Assembly (NCBI GenBank): GCA_965223325.1
Contig: CBDCWI010000002.1
Location: 3,584,001 to 3,648,000, forward strand
DNA from: Candidatus Multivoradales bacterium
Lineage (GTDB): Bacteria; Acidobacteriota; Thermoanaerobaculia; Multivoradales; Multivoraceae
Length of the DNA stretch: 64,000 nt
Reading direction: 5' to 3'
Within the stretch, counting starts at the first letter, position 1. Every line of letters begins with the position of its first letter. This document shows positions 28,393 to 38,821 of this stretch, piece by piece. Position numbers and translations under genes: made by a program. The notes under the pieces are model-generated. The model was not told the DNA's origin. It saw only the letters and a list, made by a program, of their open reading frames with translations, and did not search any database.

Positions 28393-29226
28393 ATGTTCGA
28401 ACGAAGATCAGGCGGCCTGACCCTTGTGGCGATCGCGTTGTCGTGCTTCGCAGGGAGCGCGTCTCTAGCGGCCGACTCGGTTTCTCTAGAAGCCCTCGTT
28501 GCCCTCGAGGAGACTCTGGCGGAGTCGCCGGATGATCCCGAGGTGCTCCTTGTGCGCGCGCGTCTCCTACGCCGTCACGGGCAACTCGAAAGCGCACGGC
28601 GCGATCTCGAGCACGCCTCCCGTCATCCACTGGTTCCGCTCGACGTCGATCTCGAGTGGGCCCAACTGCTACGGGCCGCCGGGCAACCGGAAGCGGCAAG
28701 GGCCCGGCTCGAAGCGTTCCTCGCTCAGCGCCCGCAGCACCTTCCTGCCCGTCGCCTGCTGGCTGAGGTGCTCATAGACAACGGTCGACCCGGGCCTGCC
28801 GCAAGGGAATACTCCTTCATCATCGCCCACTCCGAAGCACCGTCGGTTGAGACCTATCTGGAGCGAGCTCGATGTCAGGAGGTCTCCGGTGACCTCGGCG
28901 CAGTCATCGCCGGACTCGAGGAAGGCCTGGTTAACCTTGGCCCCATGACGGTGCTTCTCGAACGGCTCTATCGCCTCGAGCGCCGCCTGGGCGACGAAGA
29001 GAGGGCGCTCTCGTTGCTCAGCCGTCTGGCCAAGGAGACTCCGCGTTCCTACGAATGGCAGATCGAGCGCGGCCGCTACCTCGAGGAGTTGGGCCAGCCG
29101 GAGGCGGCGACTTTGGCCTGGCGGGAGGCCAAGGCTCTTCTTCGGATGAGTCCACGGTTCGAATCGCCTCGCCTCAGGCGGCTCGATCGCGAGCTGGCCG
29201 AGCTCCTTTCACGCCAGCCGCGCTAG
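28393..29226 (+). CDS. Exported tetratricopeptide-repeat protein
   Basis: Signal-like N-terminus; repeated TPR-like helices (PDDPEVLLVRARLL, PQHLPARRLLAEVL); starts 9 nt after the phosphatase stop. Confidence 0.78.
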   Translation: MFERRSGGLTLVAIALSCFAGSASLAADSVSLEALVALEETLAESPDDPEVLLVRARLLRRHGQLESARRDLEHASRHPLVPLDVDLEWAQLLRAAGQPEAARARLEAFLAQRPQHLPARRLLAEVLIDNGRPGPAAREYSFIIAHSEAPSVETYLERARCQEVSGDLGAVIAGLEEGLVNLGPMTVLLERLYRLERRLGDEERALSLLSRLAKETPRSYEWQIERGRYLEELGQPEAATLAWREAKALLRMSPRFESPRLRRLDRELAELLSRQPR

Positions 29227-30537
29227 TCAGGCGGTGCCGATGCTCTCGTTGGCGACCCGTTGGCCTTCGCGGACGTCGACCCGCATGAGGAGGAGACCAC
29301 CGACCAGGAAGAAGATGATGATCGAAAACACTGCGTAGCGGCTGCTGCCGGTGGCCGCGGTCACCGCGCCAAAGAGCAACGGCCCGAGGACCGCGGCGAA
29401 GCGTTCGGCCACGCCGAAAAACCCGAAGAACTCCGACGACTTGTGGGCCGGCACCATGCTGGCGAACAGGGAACGGCTCAGTGCCTGGACGCCGCCTTGC
29501 ACCATTGCCACCATGATGGCCATGACGTAGAACTGCTCTACGGTTTCGATGAAGTAGCCGAAGCAACTGATCCCCAGATAAACCGCCAGGCCGACCAGGA
29601 TCGCCCGCTTGGTGCCGATCACCCCGGCCAACCCGCCGAACAGGAATGCGAACGGTACGCCGACGAACTGCACCAGCAGAATCGCGGTGATCAGAGCGCT
29701 CTGCGGGAAACCGAGCTCGGTGCCAAAGATGGTGGCCAAGCGGTAGATCGTCGACACGCCGTCGTTGTAGACCAGAACGGCAATCAAGAGAAAGAAGGCA
29801 TGCCGGTAGCGGCGTAGCTCGCGGAACGTTTCGGCGAGTCTTCCGAAGGCGACGGCGAGGCCGAAGTCGTCGGACGACTCGTCACTCTCGAGCTGGCGTG
29901 CCGGTTCGCGCACGCGAAACAGGACAGGCAGCGAAAACAGGAGCCACCAGATCGCGGTGAGCACGAAGCCCAGGCGAGTTGCAAAGGCAACATCGGTGAG
30001 GCCGAACCAGTCGGGCTTCTGGATCATTGCCAGGACGACTGCCAGCAACAGCCCGCCGCCGAGATAGCCGAGCGCGTAGCCGGCCGTCGATGCGCGGTCG
30101 ACTTCTTCGTCAGAGGCGATGTGCGGAAGCAGCGAATCGTTGAAGACGATGCTCAACAGGACGGCGAGGTTGCCAATCGCAAAGAGCAACAGGCCGAGCT
30201 TCCAGTCGCCCTCGCCGACGAGGAAGGTTCCAGCGGTAGCCGCCACACCAACCGCTATCCATAGCCCGAGCAGCTTCTTTCGAATTGCCTTGAAGTCAGC
30301 CAGGGCACCGAGCAGGGGCGAGAGAAGCGCCACCAGAATCAAGGCCGCGGAGGTCGTGTAGGAGTAGTAGGCGGTCGCGGTGGACGCCTCGAGGCCCTGG
30401 GCGGCGACGGTCGTGTAGTAGATCGGAAAGACCGCTGTGACCATCACCGTGATGAAGCCGGAATTCGCCCAGTCGTACATCGCCCAGGCGCGAAGCGGGC
30501 GGGTGTGCAGCCCGAGGCGGACGAGAAGGCTCTTCAT
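29227..30537 (-). CDS. MFS transporter, UMF1/Atg22 family
   Basis: AWAMYDWANS, QGGVQALSRSLFASMVP...EFFGFF; about 12 hydrophobic segments. Confidence 0.9.
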   Translation of the reverse strand: MKSLLVRLGLHTRPLRAWAMYDWANSGFITVMVTAVFPIYYTTVAAQGLEASTATAYYSYTTSAALILVALLSPLLGALADFKAIRKKLLGLWIAVGVAATAGTFLVGEGDWKLGLLLFAIGNLAVLLSIVFNDSLLPHIASDEEVDRASTAGYALGYLGGGLLLAVVLAMIQKPDWFGLTDVAFATRLGFVLTAIWWLLFSLPVLFRVREPARQLESDESSDDFGLAVAFGRLAETFRELRRYRHAFFLLIAVLVYNDGVSTIYRLATIFGTELGFPQSALITAILLVQFVGVPFAFLFGGLAGVIGTKRAILVGLAVYLGISCFGYFIETVEQFYVMAIMVAMVQGGVQALSRSLFASMVPAHKSSEFFGFFGVAERFAAVLGPLLFGAVTAATGSSRYAVFSIIIFFLVGGLLLMRVDVREGQRVANESIGTA

Positions 30538-30742
30538 GGGCTGGCTCCTTGTGGCAGCCGACTGCCTGGATGGTGTTTTGCTCGGAAGGCGGTTCTAGGC
30601 TCCCGAGAGCGACTCCTATCGACCCTGCTCATGATCGCAGTTTAAGCGCAGCCCACAGTTGCCGCCGATCGAGCGTAGACTCAGGCGGACAAAGGCGCCG
30701 AAGCCGGCGCCGGCCTACCCCCTTACTTCACGCCACGACCTC

Positions 30743-31999
30743 ATGATGGCCAGCAACCCCGAACAACCCCGCGCAGCCTTTCTCGGCGCCGGCGGCCGGT
30801 TTCTGCTTCTCCTGGCCTGCCTGGTGGTCGTCGTGGCGGGGCTGCGGGCTGCGGAGTCGATCTTGGTGCCCTTCATGGTTGCGCTCTTCATAGCCATCCT
30901 GTCGCTGCCGATCGTCTTCTTTCTCAAGTCGCGTGGAGTGGCCAACTGGTTGGCGGTGGTCGTTGCGATCCTGGTCGATGTAGCCGTTCTGGCGGGGGCC
31001 TCGGTCCTGGTCGGAAACTCGGTCAACCAGTTGACCGACGCGCTTCCCGAGTACCGCGTGCGCTTTGCGGACCTCGTCGATACCTGGCTACCAGAGACGG
31101 CGACGGATGCTGACCTCGCAGCTGGCTATCGAACCGGTGCCGACGGCACGGTTCAGGATTCGATACCGATTCCCGATGGCCCGGCACCGACAACCGCCGA
31201 GTCGCTCTTCGCCTGGTTGGCCAGCCATGGCATCAGCCTGCCCGACCCGCGCGCGTGGACCGCCGAACAGCTGCGCTCCGATGCGGTCTTCGACCTCGCC
31301 CAGAGCTCGCTACGTGGCCTGGCCGCTGTCTTGTCGAATGTCTTTCTCGTGGTGTTGATCGCGATCTTCATTCTGGCGGAGGCGTCAACCCTGCCTGAGA
31401 AGTTCCGCCTCGCCTTCGGGCGCCGTGAGGCGATGACGCGCTACAACAAGATGACGCGCGAGATCCAGCGCTACCTGGTCCTCAAGACACTGATCAGCGC
31501 GATTACCGGTGTTCTGGTCGGAGCGTGGTGTGCGATTCTGGGTGTCGATTTTGCGATGTTCTGGGGGCTCCTCGCGTTCCTGTTCAATTACGTTCCCAAC
31601 ATCGGCTCGATCCTCGCCGCCGTGCCGGCCTGCTCGATCGCGTTGATCCAGTACGGGCCTGGTCGCGCCCTGGCGCTCGGCGCGGGCTACCTGGCGGTCA
31701 ACATTGTGCTCGGCAACTTCATCGAGCCGGCGGTCATGGGGCGGCGGCTGGGGATGTCGACCCTGGTCGTCGTCCTGTCATTGGTTTTCTGGGGCTGGCT
31801 CTGGGGGCCGGCAGGCATGTTCCTGTCGGTGCCACTGACGATGATCGTGAAGATCATGCTCGAGAACTCCGAAGACATGAAGTCGGTCGCGGTGCTTCTT
31901 GGCCCGGCGCCAGATACACGGCTACCCATCCGTCCGGCGCTTCGCCGCTCGGCGGGCGCGACAGCGGTCACCGAGCCCGCGGCCTCCGAAGAGACGTAG
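30743..31999 (+). CDS. AI-2E family transporter
   Basis: FWGLLAFLFNYVPNIGS, GNFIEPAVMG, FWGWLWGPAGMFLSVPLT. Confidence 0.9.
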   Translation: MMASNPEQPRAAFLGAGGRFLLLLACLVVVVAGLRAAESILVPFMVALFIAILSLPIVFFLKSRGVANWLAVVVAILVDVAVLAGASVLVGNSVNQLTDALPEYRVRFADLVDTWLPETATDADLAAGYRTGADGTVQDSIPIPDGPAPTTAESLFAWLASHGISLPDPRAWTAEQLRSDAVFDLAQSSLRGLAAVLSNVFLVVLIAIFILAEASTLPEKFRLAFGRREAMTRYNKMTREIQRYLVLKTLISAITGVLVGAWCAILGVDFAMFWGLLAFLFNYVPNIGSILAAVPACSIALIQYGPGRALALGAGYLAVNIVLGNFIEPAVMGRRLGMSTLVVVLSLVFWGWLWGPAGMFLSVPLTMIVKIMLENSEDMKSVAVLLGPAPDTRLPIRPALRRSAGATAVTEPAASEET

Positions 32000-32079
32000 T
32001 CAGCAAAACGCCGCCGCTGAAGCCAGCGAACCCCTTGTTCATGCGGTTCAGGGGTAAGGCCCGTCGTGCGTGCCTCGTC

Positions 32080-32126
32080 TTGACGCTGGGCCCGGTGTCC
32101 GCGATAATCGGACCGATCTGGTCCGA
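32080..32126 (+). promoter_or_regulatory. suf operon sigma70 promoter with adjacent palindromic operator
   Basis: TTGACG (32080-32085), 17 nt, GATAAT (32103-32108); perfect dyad TCGGACC-N5-GGTCCGA (32108-32126). Confidence 0.72.
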
Positions 32127-32253
32127 ATTGGTTGTCTGAACCTGTAGCCCGTTCCAAGCTGCCCCTCTCCGCCGCCGAGGCGGAGGCCGCTCGAGCGCAG
32201 CAGGGAGTGTTTCGGGTGACGCCGGTGGGACCACTGACCAGGGTGTTGGAACG

Positions 32254-32718
32254 ATGATTCGCCTTACCAAACAAACCGACTACGGAATTGTGCTCCTCTG
32301 CCGGCTCGCGAACTGCCCCGACGAGCGGTTGAACGCGCCCGAGCTCGCGCAGGCGACCCGCCTCCCCGCGCCGATGGTGTCGAAGATCCTCAAGTCGCTG
32401 GCGCGTTCGGACGTGCTCGATTCCCAGCGCGGTTCGCGCGGTGGCTATCAACTCGCACGCCCGTCCGATGAGATCTCTGTCGCCGACATCATCGAGGCGC
32501 TCGATGGGCCGATCGCGATGACCGAGTGCATCGAAGAAGGCCCCAACGAGTGCTCTCACGAAGCGTCTTGCCGGATTCGTGACAACTGGCAGGTCATCAA
32601 CGGAGCGGTTCGCGGCGCGCTCGAAGGCATTCGCCTGTCGCAGATGGCACGCCCCGGGATCGTCCTCGATTCGGCGGCCGCCGGCGATGCCCTGGTTGCA
32701 CTCGGCACGAACTCTTGA
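32254..32718 (+). CDS. SUF system Rrf2-family transcriptional regulator
   Basis: MIRLTKQTDYG, SQRGSRGGYQLAR, IIEALDGPIAMTEC...C...C with three Cys; first gene of the suf operon. Confidence 0.92.
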   Translation: MIRLTKQTDYGIVLLCRLANCPDERLNAPELAQATRLPAPMVSKILKSLARSDVLDSQRGSRGGYQLARPSDEISVADIIEALDGPIAMTECIEEGPNECSHEASCRIRDNWQVINGAVRGALEGIRLSQMARPGIVLDSAAAGDALVALGTNS

Positions 32719-32843
32719 CCGCGAGCCATCTCGACACCGAACGCCAACAAAAACACGTGACCGGGGCCCATCTGCGTGATGGGACTCGCCGCGGATGAAA
32801 TAGGAAGCGCCGCACAGAGCACGGCGTGCCCAGGAGCTAGCCC

Positions 32844-34292
<1,449 letters not shown>

Positions 34293-34408
34293 GCGTCACA
34301 GACTCCCGAACCAGACTTCTCTTCCAAGATCTCCGAAACGAAAAGACTCGAAAACCCCCACCCGGCTCGCTAGCCGTGACCTGCGGGGCCCATAGGAAAA
34401 CGATAGCC

Positions 34409-35155
34409 ATGCTCGACATTCAGAACCTGCACGCGTGCGTCGAAGACGCGGAAATCCTCAAGGGGGTCAACCTCGAAGTGAAAGCTGGCGAGGTTCACGC
34501 CATCATGGGGCCGAACGGTAGTGGCAAGAGCACCCTTGCTCAGCTCCTGGCCGGTCGCGATGCCTACGAAGTGACCGAAGGCGACATACTCTTCGACGGC
34601 GAGTCGCTTCTGGAGAAGGCGCCCGAAGAGCGCGCCCAGGAAGGCATTTTCCTGGCGTTTCAGTACCCCGTCGAAATTCCCGGCGTCAGCAACACCTACT
34701 TCTTGAAGGCTGCTCTCAACTCGATCCGCAAGGCGCGCGGCGAGAAGGAGTACAACGCGGCCGAGTTTCTCAAGCTGGTTCGCGAGCGCGTCTCGGTGGT
34801 TGATCTCGACCCGGCACTGATGAAGCGGCCTGTCAACGAAGGCTTCTCGGGCGGTGAGAAGAAGCGCAACGAGATCTTCCACATGAGCGTTCTCGAGCCT
34901 AGGCTCGCGATTCTCGACGAAACCGATTCCGGTCTCGACATCGATGCTCTGCGCACCGTTGCCAACGGCGTCAATTCGTTGCGCAGCCCCGACCGCGCGT
35001 TCCTCTTGATCACCCACTACCAGCGGCTGCTCGAGTACGTCGAGCCCGACTTCGTCCACGTGCTGGTCGACGGGTGCATCGTGCGTTCGGGCGGCAAGGA
35101 GCTGGCCCTCGAGCTCGAGGACAAGGGCTACGGTTGGCTCGAGGGAGCGGCCTAG
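34409..35155 (+). CDS. sufC: Fe-S cluster assembly ATPase SufC
   Basis: MGPNGSGKST, AFQYPVEIPGV, NEGFSGGEKKRNE, LDETDSGLDIDAL, ITHYQRLL. Confidence 0.97.
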   Translation: MLDIQNLHACVEDAEILKGVNLEVKAGEVHAIMGPNGSGKSTLAQLLAGRDAYEVTEGDILFDGESLLEKAPEERAQEGIFLAFQYPVEIPGVSNTYFLKAALNSIRKARGEKEYNAAEFLKLVRERVSVVDLDPALMKRPVNEGFSGGEKKRNEIFHMSVLEPRLAILDETDSGLDIDALRTVANGVNSLRSPDRAFLLITHYQRLLEYVEPDFVHVLVDGCIVRSGGKELALELEDKGYGWLEGAA

Positions 35156-35157
35156 AT

Positions 35158-36534
35158 ATGACCGTTAGTGAAACCAGGAGCGGTGAGGTGGAGAGCCCCG
35201 CACCACCGCCGGCGCGGTACACCCAGCCGTTTCTCGATTGGGCGGCGCGGTACCAGCCCGCCAACGAGCCCGATCGCATCAAGAACCTGCGCGAGCTCGC
35301 GCTCGAGCACTTTCGGGCCACCGGCTTTCCCTCCATTCGCGACGAGGAGTGGAAGTTCACCAACGCAGCGCCGATCGCACGCATCGAGTGGTCTCCGGTA
35401 ACGAACGCCGACACCGCTCCCGAGGTTGCGCGGGCGCACTTTCTCGATGGCGCCGATCACCTGGTCTTTGTCAACGGAGTCCTTCGCCCGCAGCTTTCGT
35501 CAGTCGAAGTCAGCGAAGCGACGGTCGTGCCGCTCTCGAGTGCGATGGCAGGTGAAGTTGACACCGGCGACGCCCTTCTTTCGTTCGGAGAGCGCGCCCC
35601 CTACTCCATCGATGGTTTTGTGGCCCTCAACACGGCCTTGTGGACCGAGGGAGTGCTAGTCGACGTGCCGCCTGGCGCTGTGATCGAGCGCCCACTGCAT
35701 CTCTTGTTCCTGTCGACCGCCAGCTCCGAGACCCCAGAGGCGAGCTTTCCGCGCGTTCTGATTCGCGTGGGCGACAACGCGCACGCGACGATCGTCGAGA
35801 GTTTCGTAGGCCTGGACGACGAAGGCGCGGGGACCTATCTGACCTGTCCGGTCACCGAGATCACCGCTGGCAACGCATCGGTCGTCGATCACTACAAGGT
35901 GCAGAAGGAATCGCTCACTGGGCATCACATGGCCTGCCAACGCATCCATCTCGGGCGTTCTGCCAATTTCTCGTCCCATTCCATTCAGTGGGGCGGCAAG
36001 CTGGTGCGAACCGATGTCGTGGGCCACCTCGGCGGAGAAGGCACCACCTGCACGCTGAACGGGATCTACGTCCTGGCCGGCAAGCAGCACTCTGACAACC
36101 ACATGCGAGTCGAACATGCGGCGCCGCACTGCTTCAGCTACAACATGTACAAGGGCATTCTCGACGAGCGGGCGCGGGCGGTGTTTACCGGTCGCATCTT
36201 CGTCCACGAAGGGGCCCAGAAGACAGACGCCTTCCAGGACAACCGAAACCTTCTCTTGTCGCGCCACGCGCTCGTCAACAGCAATCCGCAGCTCGAGATC
36301 TTTGCCGACGACGTCAAGTGCTCGCACGGCTCGGCAACTGGCCAGATCGACGAGGAGGCGATGTTCTACCTCCGCTCGCGTGGCATCGAAGAGACCGCCG
36401 CCAAGAGCCTCTTGACCTACGCCTTTGCACGTGAGTTCGTCGACCGGGTCAAGCTCGATGTTCTACGTCGCGACCTCGACGACTTTCTGTTCTCACGCCT
36501 GCCGGGGGGCGAGATCGTGCGCCAGGCAACCTGA
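35158..36534 (+). CDS. sufD: Fe-S cluster assembly protein SufD
   Basis: EEWKFT, AQKTDAFQ, PQLEIFADDVKCSHGSATG, FYLRSRGI. Confidence 0.95.
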   Translation: MTVSETRSGEVESPAPPPARYTQPFLDWAARYQPANEPDRIKNLRELALEHFRATGFPSIRDEEWKFTNAAPIARIEWSPVTNADTAPEVARAHFLDGADHLVFVNGVLRPQLSSVEVSEATVVPLSSAMAGEVDTGDALLSFGERAPYSIDGFVALNTALWTEGVLVDVPPGAVIERPLHLLFLSTASSETPEASFPRVLIRVGDNAHATIVESFVGLDDEGAGTYLTCPVTEITAGNASVVDHYKVQKESLTGHHMACQRIHLGRSANFSSHSIQWGGKLVRTDVVGHLGGEGTTCTLNGIYVLAGKQHSDNHMRVEHAAPHCFSYNMYKGILDERARAVFTGRIFVHEGAQKTDAFQDNRNLLLSRHALVNSNPQLEIFADDVKCSHGSATGQIDEEAMFYLRSRGIEETAAKSLLTYAFAREFVDRVKLDVLRRDLDDFLFSRLPGGEIVRQAT

Positions 36535-36568
36535 GAAAGGCCCTGGCACGCCGCCTTCTCAATACCCA

Positions 36569-37834
36569 ATGGCTACCACCGCCCAGCATCCGCCAGCTTC
36601 TAGAGGCGAAGCACCAATCGACACGCAGGCGGTGCGCGCAGACTTCCCGGCTCTTGCTCGCGAGATTGGCGGCCAGCCGGTGGCCTACCTCGACAACGCC
36701 GCGTCATCGCACCGTCCGCGGGCGGTGCTCGATGCCGAACGTCGTTGCTATGAGTACTACTGGTCGAACGTGCACCGCGGGGTGCACACCATGTCGCAAG
36801 AGGCGACCGAAGCCTACGAGGGTGCCAGGGGAGTGGTTGCCGGCTTCATCGGCGCGCCAGGAGAGCACGAGATCGTCTTCGTTCGGGGCACGACCGAAGG
36901 GGTGAATCTCGCCGCCTGGTCGTGGGGGCGGGCGAACCTCACAGCCGGTGATGAGATTCTGGTGACCGAGCTCGAGCACCACTCGAATTTCGTACCCTGG
37001 CAGCTGCTCTGTGAACAGACCGGAGCCGCACTAAAGGTTGTCTCGGTCGATGCTCACGGCGACATCGACCGCGATTCCTTCGAAGAGCTCCTCAACCAAC
37101 GTACCCGCCTGGTGGCGATTGCTCACGTCTCCAACGTGCTGGGAACCGTCGTTCCAATCGCCGAGTTCGCAGAACGCGCTCACGCGGTCGGGGCGCTGGT
37201 GTTCGTTGACGGTGCGCAAGCAACGCCTCACCTGCCAGTGGATGTCCATGCTTCGGGTGCCGACTTCTACACCTTCTCCGGGCACAAGATGTTTGGCCCG
37301 GGCGGCATCGGCGTCCTCTGGGCCAGATCAGATCTGTTCGCTCAGATGCCGCCCTGGCAGAGCGGTGGTGGCATGATCGAGCGCGTTTCGGCTGGCGGCA
37401 CGAGCTTCATGAAGGCGCCCTGGCGCTTCGAGGCGGGCACCCCGAACATTGCGGGTGCCGTGGGCCTCGGTGCCGCCTGTTCGTACCTCGAGGCACTCGG
37501 GATGGAGAACATAAGGGCCCGCGAGGCCGAGCTCCTGCGCTATGCCACCCAAGGACTTTCTCGCGTCGATGGGGTCGAGTTGCACGGGCAGGGCGGCGGC
37601 CCACGGGCCTCGGTGCTGTCGTTCGCTCTCGACGGCGTCCATCCGCACGACATGGGCACCGTTCTCGACCAGCGCGGCGTAGCCATTCGCGTGGGCCATC
37701 ACTGTGCGCAGCCGCTGATGAAGCGTTTGGGTGTCCCGGCAACGGCGCGCGCGTCGTTCGCTTTCTACAACACCGAAGCCGAGATCGATCGCCTGGTCCA
37801 GGGCGTCGAGGCAACGCGTGAGCTCTTTGGCTGA
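36569..37834 (+). CDS. sufS: Cysteine desulfurase SufS
   Basis: YLDNAAS, NVHRGVH, EHHSN, FSGHKMFGP, RVGHHCAQPLM. Confidence 0.96.
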   Translation: MATTAQHPPASRGEAPIDTQAVRADFPALAREIGGQPVAYLDNAASSHRPRAVLDAERRCYEYYWSNVHRGVHTMSQEATEAYEGARGVVAGFIGAPGEHEIVFVRGTTEGVNLAAWSWGRANLTAGDEILVTELEHHSNFVPWQLLCEQTGAALKVVSVDAHGDIDRDSFEELLNQRTRLVAIAHVSNVLGTVVPIAEFAERAHAVGALVFVDGAQATPHLPVDVHASGADFYTFSGHKMFGPGGIGVLWARSDLFAQMPPWQSGGGMIERVSAGGTSFMKAPWRFEAGTPNIAGAVGLGAACSYLEALGMENIRAREAELLRYATQGLSRVDGVELHGQGGGPRASVLSFALDGVHPHDMGTVLDQRGVAIRVGHHCAQPLMKRLGVPATARASFAFYNTEAEIDRLVQGVEATRELFG

Positions 37835-37858
37835 GAGCCCCCGAGTACCCCTAGGAAC

Positions 37859-38344
37859 ATGTCCGACGATCTACGCTCGCTGTACCAGGAAGTCATCCTC
37901 GATCACTACCGGAATCCGCGTCACTTCGGTGCGCTCGACGGTCGCGTTCGCCGGGTGGAGGGCTACAATCCCCTCTGTGGTGACCAGGTCACGATCTATG
38001 TCCGTACAGATGGTGAACGCATCGAGGAGATCGCCTTCGAGGGCGAGGGCTGTGCGATCTCGACCGCCTCGGCCTCGATGATGGCCGAAGCGACCTCAGG
38101 GCTCACGGTTGCTGAAACCGAAAGGCTCCAGGAGCTCTTCCATGAGCTTCTAACCGGCGACGGTGAAGAAGAGAACGAGGGCGACGGCCTGCTCGACGGC
38201 GAGCTCGGGCAGCTCGAGGTGCTACGCGGCGTGCGTGCCTATCCGATGCGCGTCAAGTGCGCCACCCTGGCCTGGCACGCGCTCAAGGCAGCGTTGGCGG
38301 GCGACGACCAGGAGGTCGATGGCGGAGTGGTGAGCACGGAATGA
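37859..38344 (+). CDS. sufU: SUF system NifU-family protein SufU
   Basis: LYQEVILDHYRNPR, NPLCGD, GCAISTASAS, RVKCATLAWH. Confidence 0.95.
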   Translation: MSDDLRSLYQEVILDHYRNPRHFGALDGRVRRVEGYNPLCGDQVTIYVRTDGERIEEIAFEGEGCAISTASASMMAEATSGLTVAETERLQELFHELLTGDGEEENEGDGLLDGELGQLEVLRGVRAYPMRVKCATLAWHALKAALAGDDQEVDGGVVSTE

Positions 38345-38363
38345 GTTCACGAGGAAAGAAGAG

Positions 38364-38714
38364 ATGAGTCAGGAACCAGAAACAGCGACCGAAACGGTCG
38401 ATGCCGACCCGGGGACGCTCGGCGAGCGCATCGTCGAGGCGCTGTGCACGATCTTCGACCCCGAGATTCCGGTCAACATCTACGAGCTCGGTTTGATCTA
38501 CGACGTCGGCATCGACGATGACCAGAACGTCGCCGTCAAGATGACCCTCACCTCGCCGCACTGTCCCGTCGCCGAGACGCTACCCGGCGACGTCGAACGA
38601 ACCGTCGCTCGAGTCCCCGGAGTTGAAACGGCCAAGGTCGAAGTGGTCTGGGACCCGGCCTGGAACCCCGACATGATGAGCGAAGCGGCGAAGCTGGAAC
38701 TCGGGTTCTTTTAG
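38364..38714 (+). CDS. sufT: DUF59/SufT family Fe-S assembly protein
   Basis: DPEIPVNIYELGLIY, MTLTSPHCP, VWDPAWNPDMMSEAAKLELG. Confidence 0.92.
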   Translation: MSQEPETATETVDADPGTLGERIVEALCTIFDPEIPVNIYELGLIYDVGIDDDQNVAVKMTLTSPHCPVAETLPGDVERTVARVPGVETAKVEVVWDPAWNPDMMSEAAKLELGFF

Positions 38715-38821
38715 TGTGACCCGTGGTTTACGGCCTTTGTGAGCGTGCCTCGTTTTGGTAGGCGGTGCGGTTGGAGTGGCGACCTTTCGTCGGTGTTTGG
38801 TCGTTACCACGGGTCACACTA
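38712..38821. mobile_element. MITE-like element (106 bp plus TA duplication) inserted in the sufT stop codon
   Basis: Perfect 18-bp inverted repeat TTTAGTGTGACCCGTGGT (38710-38727) / ACCACGGGTCACACTAAA (38806-38823); TA at 38712-38713 and 38820-38821. Confidence 0.65.
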
